A stretch of DNA of 64,000 bases from Eledone cirrhosa. Its lineage: Eukaryota. The notes under the pieces are model-generated. The model saw only the letters and a list, made by a program, of their open reading frames with translations, was not told the DNA's origin and ran no database searches. Below are positions 1 to 11,850 of this stretch, piece by piece. The DNA lies in contig OZ024754.1 of NCBI GenBank assembly GCA_964016885.1, positions 11,532,001-11,596,000 of the forward strand, in the 5' to 3' direction. Positions within the stretch are counted from its first letter, which is position 1, and each line of letters opens with the position of its first letter. Both the position numbers and the translations under genes were made by a program.

Positions 1-18
1 TATTTATTATTAATAGTA

Positions 19-236
19 GGGCGGTGGATTGGCAGTATCAGTAGAACATCGGACACTATGCTTTGTAGCATAGAGTTACTGCTCTTTACGGTCTGAGTTC
101 AAATCCCGTTGAGGTTAACTTTGCCTTTCATCCCTACGGGGTCGATAAAATAAAGTACCAGCAACGTACTGAGGTCGATTTAATCGACTTTCCCCTCCTC
201 CTTACTGGCTTTGTGTCTATACTAGAAATCATTATT
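19..236 (+). mobile_element. tRNA-derived SINE, family A
   Basis: A-box-like TGGCAGTATCAGTAG, B-box GAGTTCAAATCC, core GCCTTTCATCC..GGGTCGATAAAATAAAGTACCAG, (ATT)n tail; more than 10 related copies in the window. Confidence 0.85.
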
Positions 237-275
237 AATAGTAATAAATGGAAAATATCACTATAGCATCACATT

Positions 276-335
276 TATTTTAATATACGTATTTCAAGGA
301 TACCAAATTATAGTATGCTTTCATCAGATAAAATA
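276..335 (-). ncRNA. Degenerate minimal type-I hammerhead ribozyme motif
   Basis: Minus strand TATTTTAT-CTGATGA-AAGCATAC..GTATCCTT-GAAA-TACGTA-TA-TTAAAATA; same stem I/III as the 52838 copy; 243-296 recurs inverted at ~1058-1112. Confidence 0.65.
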
Positions 336-691
336 CAATGTTTGATGTATAAGAGAGTGACATACCCGAAATATAAAGTTTCATCTTCAGCTTACAGTTG
401 GCATGTGGAATAAAAACTTAAAATTTCACAGGACTTAACAGTGATATAATGAACAGATAAAAATACCGTTATTTTAGACGCTGGAGAATTTTGAAAAATA
501 GTGTGTTTATATTGGTTGTGGGGCGGCCATTAAAAGGGTGGTGTATCAGTTGATTGAAGATTTATGCATAAATATTTATATTACCGCGGAAATATTCGCG
601 TATATACGTATCATAATCTATAATATGTTATATTCGAGAATTATGAAAAATATTCTAGCTAATAGTTTAGAATCGCTAAGACTTTTCATGA

Positions 692-848
692 GGTTTACAG
701 TTAAACTATTAGCTAGAATCTATAAAACTCTTCATAAGGGTTATGGTTAAACTATTAGCTAGAATCTATAACTCTTCATAAGGGTTATGGTTAAACTATT
801 AGCTAGAATCTATAAAACCCTTCATAAGGTTTACGGTTAAACTATTAC
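692..848. repeat. Minisatellite, ~45-47 bp x ~3.3
   Basis: GGTTAAACTATTAGCTAGAATCTATAAAACTCTTCATAAGG repeated in tandem. Confidence 0.85.
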
Positions 849-1290
849 CTATCACTATTATATATATAATTCACTTACTTACCATATATATAAAAATATA
901 CAAATATAATTATACGTTCCAGTAGATAGAAGCATATATATATATTCATTCAAAGTAACAAATACCGTTATCTAAATCACATTTTGAATACGTTGATAAG
1001 AAATTCTTTATTAAACATTAGAAATAATAAGAGTTACTTCCCTGTCGATGTTTACTTATGAAATACGTATATTAAAATAAATATGATGCTATAGTGATAT
1101 TTTCCATTTATTTTGCTGGCCTTGTGCTTAAAGTAGAAACAATTATTATTATTAATAATATTATAATACTCCAGATAAAATTTTACTGTAGAGTGCTTCA
1201 TATCTGTTATGAACATAATTCTGTTGAATATTCATCCACAAAGCATATAACTCATTGTTTATATATATATATATATATATAATAATAATA

Positions 1291-1478
1291 ATTTTTCTAC
1301 TTTTGGCACAAGGCCAGCAAATACCCAGTACATTACTGGTACTTTATTTTATCGACCCCGTAAGGATGAAAGGCAAAGTTTACCTCGGCGGGATTGGAAC
1401 TCAGAATAGAAAGGGCCGTAACTCTATGCGTCAAAGCATGACGTCCGACCCTCTACTGATACTGCCAATCCACTGCTC
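1291..1478 (-). mobile_element. SINE family A
   Basis: Reverse complement of the family A core (ctggtactttattttatcgaccccgtaaggatgaaaggc), flanked by (AAT)n. Confidence 0.85.
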
Positions 1479-1658
1479 TATAATAATAATAATAATAGGT
1501 TACAGTATCGTAAAAGTGGATAGAAAGAAGAGGTATAAAGAAGTACGATACAGAATATTACATGCCAAAAGCAGATGCATAAGTGCTCGATGCTTGGGTT
1601 AACAGGGTTAAATATTAGAGAAGGTTAATATTTGGTGTAAGGTTAAGCAGAGTGGTGA

Positions 1659-1945
1659 ATAGCAAAATAATTAATGAGAGAGTTACAAGCCGTTAAAACA
1701 TATCTTGCACCGGTAATTACCTCCCTTAGCAAACTACACTCCTTTTCAACGTGTTTACACTTTTAACATTTAAATTTACTATGCAAGGTGATGTAAAACT
1801 TTTATTTAACCCTTTTAGGGTATGTAATTAAAAACTTTGCTTGCAATATCTGCCTCAGACGAGCCCCATTGGGTGAAACACGTGTAAGAGCTTTATAAAG
1901 ATATGTTTTAACGGCTTGTAACTCTTTCATTAATTATTTTGCTAT
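1659..1945. repeat. Fold-back element: ~48-bp inverted arms abutting (TA)n, degenerate hammerhead in the spacer
   Basis: 1659-1706 pairs with 1898-1945; spacer 1852-1891 reads CAGACGA-GCCC-CATT-GGGT-GAAA-CACGTG-TA. Confidence 0.75.
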
Positions 1946-2035
1946 ATATATATATATATAAATACACACACACACATTATATATATATATGGTATGTATG
2001 AAATATATTCAACTACTCTTATTTCAAAGAATTCT

Positions 2036-2556
2036 CCTCCTGATGAAGGTATTGTAATTGTAAGTCGATCTAGTTTGTATCTTCCAAAAGGGACTGTTGC
2101 TTAAGTTTTAATATATTTTATATATTTATAGATATACTTACATTAAAAACAAAGTCACTACTTTAAAACCGATAGCGTATAGTCTTCAAAATATTTTTAA
2201 TTAAACATACGGTATATTGCCAAATATACTATACATACATTCATGTATACATCGCTATTTCAGAGCACCAATCCTAATACCTAATTTTTGCTGGACCGGC
2301 AATCGCTCTGTATAATCAGCTCCTGATTATTACTGGAATTCTATAAGAATCCAGCTTCTATAATTTTCGGCAGAAGCAGGGAGTGCATAGTTCTGATGAT
2401 CGCCAAACAGCGTGAAACAGACTGTTAGCTTCTCTCCCTTCTTTCGCCGAAAAGAAGTGACATAGTCACTACTTTAAAACCGATAGCGTATGGTCTTCAA
2501 AATGTGTTTAATTAAACATACGGTATATTGCCAAATATACTATACATACATTCATA
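2036..2556 (+). repeat. Direct-repeat (pLTR-like) unit with hammerhead motifs
   Basis: ~92-bp direct repeat 2153-2244 / 2464-2555, each preceded by a CTGATGA motif; 2389-2430 reads AGTT-CTGATGA-TCGC..GCGT-GAAA-CAGACTG-TT-AGCT. Confidence 0.6.
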
Positions 2557-2584
2557 TATATATATACACTTGTTACGTGTTAGG

Positions 2585-4060
2585 CAGATTCTTTCAGATT
2601 AAGGATAAGTGGTGGAGTGAGAAGGCTGATGAGATACAAGCTACTTCAGATTCCAATAACACAAAGCTGTTGTACAGTCTCTTGCGTGAAGTTTATGGAC
2701 CGTCTTCTTCTCTGGTGACACCGCTTCGCAGCAAGGATGTGAAGGAACTTCTCCGTGACTCACAAGGAATTCTACGAAGGTGGCGAGAGCACTTTGATGA
2801 ACTTTTGAATCAGCCTTCTGTCATCAATGAAGATTTCCTCAATCTCATTCCTGAAAAACCTGTGAAAGCAGCTCTCGCAGAACCACCGACGCTTGTGGAG
2901 ATTGCAGTAGCTATCTCGAAGCTGAACAGTGGAAGGTCTCCAGGTATGGATGGCATACATCCAGAGCTCCTACAATATGGTGGTGAGAGACTTCTGCAAC
3001 ATCTTCACTCTTTGTTTGGCAGGATATGGGCTAGTGAATCCGTACCTGATGACTGGAGAGATGCAGTAATGGTGGTCTTGTACAAGGAAAAGGGTAACAG
3101 GAATGATTGTGGGATCTACTGAGGTATATCATTGCTTTCTGTCGTAGGGAAAGTTTTATGTAGGGTGCTTCTGGACCGTCTGCTGACACACATTGTAGAT
3201 TGTGTTCTTCCTGAAAGTCAATCTGGTTTTCGTGCTGGACGCGGCACTACTGATATGATCTTCTCAGCTAGACAGCTCCAGGAGAAGTGCATGGAACAAG
3301 GTTTGGATCTGTATCAGATTTTTGTCGATCTGACAAAAGTTTTCGATACTGTTAACAGAAAGGCATTGTGGAAGGTTCTCCAGAAACTTGGTTGCCCTGA
3401 TAAGTTCCTTGCTTTGGTTAGGTCTTTCCATGATGACATGAAGGCTTGGGTTAATGTCAGAGGTAACATGTCGGAGCCTATCTCAGTAAAAAATGGAGTA
3501 AAACAGGGGGATATTCCAGCACCGACCCTGTTTGCCATATACTTTGCAGTGGTTTTCTATATTGCATTCAGGAATTGCGAGCATGGTGTTTACATCCTCA
3601 GGCAGCATATTTAACATCAGGCGCTTTGCTGTAAAAACAAAAATATTTACATCAATCATAAGAGACCTCTTGTATGCAGATGATTGCGATCTTGTAGCGC
3701 ACAGAGAGTGATATGCAGCACATTTTGAATGCATTTTCTGATGCTTGCACTGCCCTAGGATTGACTGTCAGTATCAAGAAAATTGTTGTCCTGTACCAAC
3801 CTGCCCCTGGTAAGCGACTTGGAGTGGTTGATCAGTTTGTCTACCTGGGAAGCACTGTCAATCAATACAGCAACCTTGATAATGAAATTCTACTCAGGAT
3901 TAGGAAAGCAAGTGATGCTTTCGGAAAGCTTGAAAGGTGAGTCTGGGGTCGGCGAGACATATGCAAGAAGACAAAGGTAAAGGTGTACAAGGCATGTGTG
4001 CTCTCTTCTCTTCTTTATGCCTGCAAGACCTGGGTCACATATCGACACCACCTTAAACAA
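2585..4060 (+). mobile_element. RTE (BovB-like) LINE reverse transcriptase remnant
   Basis: ORF pieces with SPGMDGI, QSGFRAGRGTTDMIF, FVDLTKVFD, GVKQG, LLYADD; internal stops and frameshifts. Confidence 0.92.
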
Positions 4061-4157
4061 TGTGTGTTGTCGACCATAACCAGTGTTGCTCTATGATTAT
4101 GTGAGATAAGATAATCGAAATAATTAAATTGACTTGATATCAAAGCTATGTAACAAT

Positions 4158-4503
4158 TATAAAGTAACAAGAAATAGTAGAAACAAATATATACCTATTT
4201 TTTCTTCAATGTCCCGACTGTACAGTTTTGCCTTCTGAGAAATTTTTCACTGCTACAAGGGATTTAGTCCCCTTTCTTGACCGGTGTATCACGTGATAGT
4301 ATCTCCCTCCGCCTTTTTGAAATTTTCTCGCACGCTACGGACGTGTCTAGAAGCGCTCTTTCCCTGAGGTGTTCCCTTGAAAGCTGGCTTACCTCACAAC
4401 AATGTTGCATCTCTATGATATAAGATTGTTGCATAGTGACCAGTCGGGATATTGAAGAAAAAATAGGTATATATTTGTGTCTACTATTTCTTCTTACTTT
4501 ATA
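4158..4503. repeat. Fold-back element, ~63-bp inverted arms abutting (TA)n
   Basis: 4158-4220 is the reverse complement of 4441-4503 with a few mismatches. Confidence 0.85.
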
Positions 4504-4593
4504 CATATATATATACATATACATATATATATACATACACATATATATATATATACACACACATTTATATATATACATACATATATATATATA

Positions 4594-5108
4594 TGTCTAG
4601 AGCGGGTAAAATTCCCGAGATCCATGGACGAGTTCTCCCCAGCAGTCTCTGTCCCTCATTATCGCTGCCATGTCCTGCGTCTCCAACAGACCAGTGTCTG
4701 TCCTTAGAACATCAACATATGTTAGCCTCGGTCTTCCTCTTCCAGTGTGTCCATGCAGGGACTCCCACAGGAGCACTGAGTGCTGTGTCAACTCAGGATG
4801 TCAGCGACCATGTTCAGCTAACCACAGTCTCCTCTGTGTCACTCTCGATCTGACTTTTGGGAGGGTCCCATACAGCTCTGAGTTCTTCATCCTCAACATT
4901 CTTGTGTAGCACGGAAGATGATGTGGTCGAGAGGAAGAACAAAGCCTGGGCGGCGTGCCACAGCTTGAGATCGGACCTTCGTAAAGACCTGAAGATCTGT
5001 CTCCATTGCTGTAGTGGAGTCTGTGCTGTTGTACGGGTCTGAGACTTGGACACTGACCAAGAAACCCACTCAGATGCTGGATGGGTGCTACACGAGAATC
5101 CTGAGGAT
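4594..5108 (-). mobile_element. RTE LINE 3' end with inverted upstream segment
   Basis: Minus 4594-4908 encodes CYTRMLR..RGRPRLTYVD; plus 4910-5108 encodes the preceding part ESVLLYGSETWTLTK..CYTRILR. Confidence 0.8.
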
Positions 5109-5154
5109 ACATATATATATATATAAGGAATGCAGTGAGTGGAGAGATATATAC

Positions 5155-6305
5155 ATCATCATCATCTTATGTTCGCATTTCCCTGCTTGCAAGGGTGGGA
5201 CGGGTCCTATTCAGCACAGCATCTCTCCACTTGTCACGGTCCTTCGTCATCACCGTGAGCTTCAGTGATCTGAGGTTTGCACTCACAACCTCCGCTGATG
5301 TTTTTCATGGTCTTCCTTCAACTGGTATTTCTTGGCACTTCTTTACCCAGCAGTCATCCTCCATGCGCATCACATGTCTATACCATCGCAGTCTTCTCTC
5401 CCGCACACTACAACTTATCCCTCTTATACAAAGTTTCTCTCTCAACTCTTCCATGCTTGGTCATTCACGTTCATTGACACTGCACATACAACGGAGCATG
5501 CTGGCTTCATTTCTCTCCAGCCGTTGCATATCTTCTGCAGTTGCTGCCCATGTCTCACTACCATGCAGCATCGCGCTCCTCACACAGGCATCATATAACT
5601 GTCCTTTCGTATGCAGCAAGAAACCGTTCTTTGTCAACAGAGGAAGCAGCTCCCTAAACTTTTTCCAACCCATCATTATTCTAGATACTATGGCCTCGGA
5701 ACACCCCACCCCTCCCATGCTAATCAGATCACCTAGGTACCGGAAGCTATCGACTTCTTCTGTAGAACCCAGCTGCATTTGAAAAATATGTCTATCATTG
5801 CGATTACTACTGCCAACTTTCCCTGTACATCTACTGCATATGTAGTTTTCCCTACCTGTTAGTTTGCCTGCTATCCCACTACATCTCTTGTGTACCCAAG
5901 ATCTGCATTGCGTACATTTTATGGAATTTATGCCAGTTCCTTTACTACATATCGAACATGGCCATTCCCCTGATGGAATCAGAGTTTTGTCCTCTTTTCT
6001 ACTTATCAACACTTCTGTCTTAGCTAGGTTTACTCTCAGTCCTCTTAATTCCAACTGCTGTTTCCACAGCTGGAATTTATTCTCTAGCCCCTCTACTGAT
6101 TCTGCTATAAGAACCAGATCATCAGCATAGAGAAGTTCCCATGGGCAGTCAGTCATATACACCTCTGTTATGGCTTGGAGGACTATAATGAACAAGAGCG
6201 GGCTGAGGACCGAACCATGTACTCCTACTTGCATCTGGAATTCCTCACTAAACTCCATTCCTACCCTCATTTTACTGACAGCACCTCTGTACAAAGCTTG
6301 TACTG
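5155..6305 (-). mobile_element. 5'-truncated RTE-type LINE (RT plus Cys/His finger)
   Basis: 277-aa ORF with GSVLSPLLF, LLYADD, WPCSIC..CTQC..VHKRC..CSRC, LHGSETW; (GAT)n tail at ~5155. Confidence 0.92.
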
Positions 6306-6324
6306 TCCAAGAAGAAAGTAAGAA

Positions 6325-7130
6325 CGGAGGGGGTTCCTCATCAGTTGTCTATGCTTTAAAGACAAGATACCTACCCCCAGAGCGTTCAATAACTGGGTAA
6401 GTTATTGGGAAAACAGAGGAGGGAGGGAAGGAAAATAGAAAGGAAAAGGGAAGAAAGCAAAAAAAAACAACAACAAACCAAGCAATGTGTGAGCAACTTA
6501 AGGTAATAAAATGCAAGACCACAGCGATAACAGAACTTAAGTTCAAGAGCGTGTGGGCGAACGAAAAGACACGTCTGACCCCAGCAAGTGTAAGTGAGAA
6601 AAGGACTGCTAGTTGAAGGTAGTATAATAAGTAAGGCAATCAAAGATATGAAGATGGGTAAGGCGGCCGGGCCTTCGGAAATAGTTGCTGAAATGCTGAA
6701 AGCATCTGGAATGGTGGGACACACTATGGTCACCCGGATAGTAAGAATGAGGTGGCTGGCAGAGAGAGGGTGAGTGAAAGTGAGAGGGAGAGGAAGAAAG
6801 AGGGGTAAGAGTAGATAGTAACGAAATAGGTAGGTAGGAGAGAGAAGACTGGTCACAGCGAAACACCCCCAGTAGACAACTGATGAGGAAAATCCCCCCT
6901 CCCCCGTTCTTACTTCCTTCTTATTCTCACTCCATTTTAAGCTACCTTAACTAACAACTACACAGCCAATCCTATTCTCCATATATTTTATCGTTTTCCC
7001 AATAACCTACCCAGTTATTGAACGCTCTGGGGGTAGATATCTTGTCCTTAAAGCATTGAAATATCCTAGACCCCCAGTAGACAACTGATGAGGAAAACTC
7101 CCCCCCCCCCTTCTTATTCTCATTTTAAGC
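6325..7130. repeat. Inverted repeat with CTGATGA cores, enclosing a 135-bp RTE fragment
   Basis: 6325-6415 is the reverse complement of ~6993-7110; partial third copy 6865-6945; 6611-6744 is nearly identical to 9108-9240. Confidence 0.75.
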
Positions 7131-7739
7131 TATATATACATATATATATACACACACACACACATCAACACATCAAAGACTGACAAATGGAAGACTGCAG
7201 CAGCTATGAAAACAGTAGAAACTAACATAATAAAATAGAATAAAAAAATAAAATAAAACAAAAATAGAAAATAAAAGAGTAAATCAAGTGTTGTCATGAA
7301 ATGTGTTATATTTTTGATTGTCCAAGGTGACTTGCTTGATTGGTTGTGTTTAAAGTATTGTCTCCTCAAATGTCTAACATGTCAATACTTGATAAAGAGC
7401 CATAACAGCAGTCAGTCCTTCTATATTCATACTGATGCTCCATTATAACTGTTTTCTTATTTTACTATTTATTATGTCTGTCAGTCAGCCAGTCAAACTG
7501 TGTTTCTCCTATTTCTCAGTCTATTTTAGTTCTAAATCCCATATACTTCAATTTACCTCTCTAGAATTGATCCTGTTATGTTGTTTATGCAATGCAATTT
7601 GTTTTGGCTTTATTTTTTTGTTTGTGCTTTTTTTCATTTACATATATTTTCTCCATATTGTATCTTATATGGTCATGTTGTTTTAACCAACATTGTTTTA
7701 TTTTGTTTTCGTTTTGTAATTTCAGCCATTACTTGTGGT

Positions 7740-7955
7740 TTAACCCTTTAGCATTTAAACCAACCATATCCGGCCAGAATTCTCTCACCTCTTTCTGTTG
7801 AAACTGGCCGTAACCAGTTGTTCATACCAATGTTAAGGTATTATTCTCAAAATAAATAATATCAAAATCTCATACATTCAATATTATGTGAGATAATGCC
7901 TTTTCCATGAAAATATAATAGTATATATAGAGTAATGTAAATGCTAAAGGGTTAA
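7740..7955 (+). mobile_element. piggyBac-type MITE, family 1
   Basis: TTAA|CCCTTTAGCATTTA...TAAATGCTAAAGGG|TTAA; 4 copies in the window. Confidence 0.88.
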
Positions 7956-8178
7956 CCCTTTCATAACAACATTTCTAATGAAATACACTCTATTTCAATT
8001 AATTAATAAAGAATTTTAATGGATTTAATAAAATTATTAATTATTTCATTACTAAGGTTACTTAATGTAGAGTTCTTATAAAAAATTATGTTGCAAGATA
8101 TTTTATTTAAATTTAAAATGAAGGCTTTTTTTATAGAACCAGAGCCAGTTTTGGCTGAATTGGTAACACAAGAGTTAA
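7952..8178. mobile_element. piggyBac-type MITE, family 2 (older)
   Basis: TTAACCCTTTCATAAC...GGTAACACAAGAGTTAA, shares its TTAA with the family 1 copy; degraded relatives near 53950-54222, 54790-55023, 62115-62328. Confidence 0.6.
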
Positions 8179-8179
8179 A

Positions 8180-8390
8180 GCAGTAAGTGGATTGGCAAAG
8201 TCATTAAAGCATCAGAAAAATACTTAGTTGCCTTTGTTCCAGCTCTTTATGTTTTGAGTTCAAATCCTGCCAAGGTCAACTTTTCTTTTCATCCTTCTGA
8301 GGTTGATAAAATAAAGTACCTGTCAGGTACTAGGATCGATATAATCAACTTTCCCTTCCCTCCCAAATTGCTGGCTTTGTTCCTATATAT
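8180..8390 (+). mobile_element. SINE family A (diverged)
   Basis: GAGTTCAAATCC B-box plus TTTCATCCTTCTGAGGTTGATAAAATAAAGTACC core. Confidence 0.75.
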
Positions 8391-11077
8391 CCTTACCAGA
8401 AGACGTGATAGAGTGTCTGTTGTAAACACTAAATCCCTCCCCCATGAAGAATGCACCTCCCAACATAGACTCATAGTCAGGACAAGACGTACTCGACAAC
8501 AAAGGACTATCCCCAGGAGAAAAATATGGAAGCTAAAGGACCCCACAGCCAGTAATAAATTTCAAAGCATATTACTTGATGCTTTCGACAGTAAGGAAGA
8601 GCAATTAGAGTCGTACAATATAGAGGAACAGTGGGAATTCCTGAAAGTTAACCTGCTGAAGGCGGCAGATGAAGTTTGTGGCTGGAACAGGCCTATAGGC
8701 AGGAGGAGAGTAACGTGGTGGTGGAATAGTAAGGTGGAGGAGTCAATTAAGGCCAAAAAGCAGGCTTGGAAAGTATGGCGGGATAGGGGAAGTAGAGAAG
8801 ACTATCAAGTGGCCAGGAGGGAAGCTAGGAGACAAGTGTACTTCACAAGAAGGAAGCAGAGGAAAGAAAGTTCAAGCATGTTCTACAACGCAAGGACCAA
8901 AAACGTGAGGTGTTCAGGATTGCTAGGCAATGTGTCAAGGAAAACCGTGATATTGTCGGGGAGAAGTGTGTCCTTAACGATGATGGTGTACTTGCCATCA
9001 CTGACGCTGATAAGAAGGTAGCTTGGAAGTGTCACTACGAAAGGCTACTAAATGAGGAGAATAAATGGGAGAAAGACATCGATCCAATAGAGGGACCAGC
9101 AGTGCGAGTTGAAGGTACTATAATAAGTAAGGCAATCAAAGATATGAAGACGGGTAAGGCGGCCGGGCCTTCGGAAATAGTTGTTGAAATGCTGAAAGCA
9201 TCTGGAATGGTGGGACACACTATGGTCACCCGGATAGTAAACCAAGTCATACAGAATGGGGCCCGTTCCGAAGGACTGGCGTAGCAGCATCATTAACTGC
9301 TACAAGGGTAAAGGAGATGCTCTTGATAGGGGTAACAATAGAGGCATTAAATTAATCGACCAGGTCATGAAGGTCACAGAAAAAGTAATAGTGCAACTAA
9401 TCAGAGAACGAATATGATCTAGATGAAATGCAGTTCGGGTTTGTATCAGGTAAAAGTACCACAGACGCTCTTTTCCTTGTACGACAACTACAAGAGAAGT
9501 ACCTAGCTAAAAGTAAACCCTTATACTTAGCTTTTGTTGACTTGGAGAAAGCCTTTGACAGAGTCCCCCGCTCCATTATCTGGTTGGCGCTTAGAAAACT
9601 AGGTGTTGATGAATGGCTTGTGAGAGCTATACAAGCCATGTATAAAGAAACAGTCAGCAAGGTTAGAATTAACAACGAATATAGTGAAGAGTTTAGCGTA
9701 AAAGTTGGTGTTCATCAGGGCTCCGTTCTTAGCCCCCTACTATTTATTATTGCCCTTCAGGCTATAACAGAGGAGTTCAAGACCGGCTGCCTATGGGAAC
9801 TCCTATATGCAGATGATCTAACGTTCATAGCTGAATCAATGGCTGAACTAGAGAAGAAATTCCAAACATGGAAGCATGGCCTAGAATCAAAAAGCCTTAA
9901 AGTTAACTTGTCTAAGACTAAAGTTCTAGTTTGTAGGAAGGAAAATAGGGCACCGGTCTCATCTGGAAAATGGCCATGCTCAGTGTGTAGGAAAGGAGTA
10001 GGCAGAAACTCCATTTTATGTCCCAAATGCAAAGTATTGGTGCATAAAAGATGTAGTGGGATCAGAGGTAAGCTAACTAAGAATATAGATTTTATATGTG
10101 GCCAGTGCTCTGGTGCAATAAGTAGCAGCAAATGCCCACAGAATACTAGCTCATTCCATTGCACAGATGGTTCTATAGAAATAGTGGACACCTTCCGTTA
10201 CCTGGGTGACAAAATCAGCAGTGGGGGAGGGTGCTCTGAAAGTACAGTAGCTAGAGTCAGAACGGGATGGAAAAAGTTCAGAGCTTCTACCACTATTGGC
10301 TGCTAAAGGGTTCTCTCTAAAAATGAAAGGCAGACTGTATGATGCCTGCATACGAACAGCAATGTTACATGGCAGTGAGACATGGGCATTGTGTGCAGAG
10401 GATCTGCGCAGACTGAAGAGGAAGGAAGCATGCATGCTCCGCTGGATGTGTAATAGTAATATACGTGAACGGCAAAGCATAAACGAACTAAGGGAGAAAT
10501 TAGGAATAAGAGGGATCAGATGCTGTTTACTCGAGGGAAGACTACGTTGGTATGGGACGGTAGCCACAGAGTAGGCAGACCCAGAAAAACCTGGGACGAC
10601 TCGATAAATTCCGACCTCACACACTTACACCTCTCCAAGACAATGTTACTGGGCCGAGATCTTTGGCGCTACACAGTCATACAGAAGACCCGCCTTGCCT
10701 AAGTACAAAGCAAAATCTACAGTCAGTAGGCACCTCTAACAAAATACACCCCTCCCCTCCTACTACCCCCACCCCATCCCCTTAAATGTAAAGTTATGTT
10801 GGTACCACAACATCCAGTCCGAAACAAATGAGGTCGTGTAGGTATCATGACAAAAATACATACAGTCCACGCTGTAATGTGGCCGTGTAGGTAACACGGT
10901 AAAAACCTCCCAGTCCACACTGTAAACGTGGTTGGTGTTAGGAAGGGCATCCAGCCGTAGAAAACCCGCCAGACAGTCCTATACGAGCAGGACAACAAAT
11001 CTTGCCTCAAGTGGGAAACCTCCCGTCCAAACCCATGCAAGCGTGGAAGATGGACGTTAAACAATGATGATGATGAT
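8391..11077 (+). mobile_element. RTE-type LINE, 5'-truncated and frameshifted
   Basis: End of APE (SQHRLI), TWWWN, QFGF..TTDALF, FVDLEKAFD, GVHQGSVLSP, YADD, Cys/His finger, GRPRKTW, 3' UTR and (TGA)n tail. Confidence 0.95.
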
Positions 11078-11646
11078 GTTCCTAAATAAGAAACCAATGT
11101 TGTTGCTATAGACAGGGAATTAGTAGAGTTGTGAAAACATGAGATTAAATTTTATGCTATTTCCTGTGGCTCATTATTCGTTAAGTTCAAATTTCACCAT
11201 GATCATCTTTGCCTTTCATTTTTTGTCAGGGGTTGATAAATAAATCACCAGTAGTGAATTGGAGGAATCATCAAAGAATCTGACATGAAGCTTTAGAGTG
11301 TCTGTTTGGAAGGAGTCTGTGGCCAGTCGATAGTATGAGCAATGTAAAAACCAATGGAAACATTGTTTCTTTGGAGCAATCTGCACAGGTTGTTTAGTGG
11401 ACACACCTGCCAGTATCCTCTCTATACACCACTGATGTTGTCCAATACAAGTTGGCACCAGTGTCATCGCAATGGAAACACTGTTTCCTTAGACCAATCT
11501 GATAATAGGCTCCTTTCCTTTTCCTTTTTTTGTTTTTATTTATATCTATTGAAATGTGACTTTATTGTTGTTGTTGTTGTCATAGGCATCGTCCATGCTG
11601 TTCATCTTATTCTTTAATTTTCTTTTTACCATGTCTCCTATACAAC

Positions 11647-11801
11647 CACTTTACAGTGTGGACTGAGTGCTTTTTGTTGTGACACCTACACAACTACTTT
11701 ACAGTGTGGACTGAGTGCTTTTTGTTGTGACACCTACACAACTACTTTACAGTGTGGACTGAGTGCTTTTTGTTGTGACACCTACACGACCACTTTACAG
11801 T
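11647..11801. repeat. 52-bp tandem repeat x3 derived from the LINE tail module
   Basis: ACTTTACAGTGTGGACTGAGTGCTTTTTGTTGTGACACCTACACAACT repeated; resembles the reverse complement of RTE 3' UTR 10890-10935. Confidence 0.85.
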
Positions 11802-11850
11802 GGGAGGGTGGAGGTTGGGGATGGGGAGGGGAGAATACTGTGTATGTGCT

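Noticed and set aside
1030-1043. Recurrent AGAGTTACTTCCC-like motif (also ~12561, 43230, 48608)
   Set aside because: Too few copies and too degenerate to assign a function by eye
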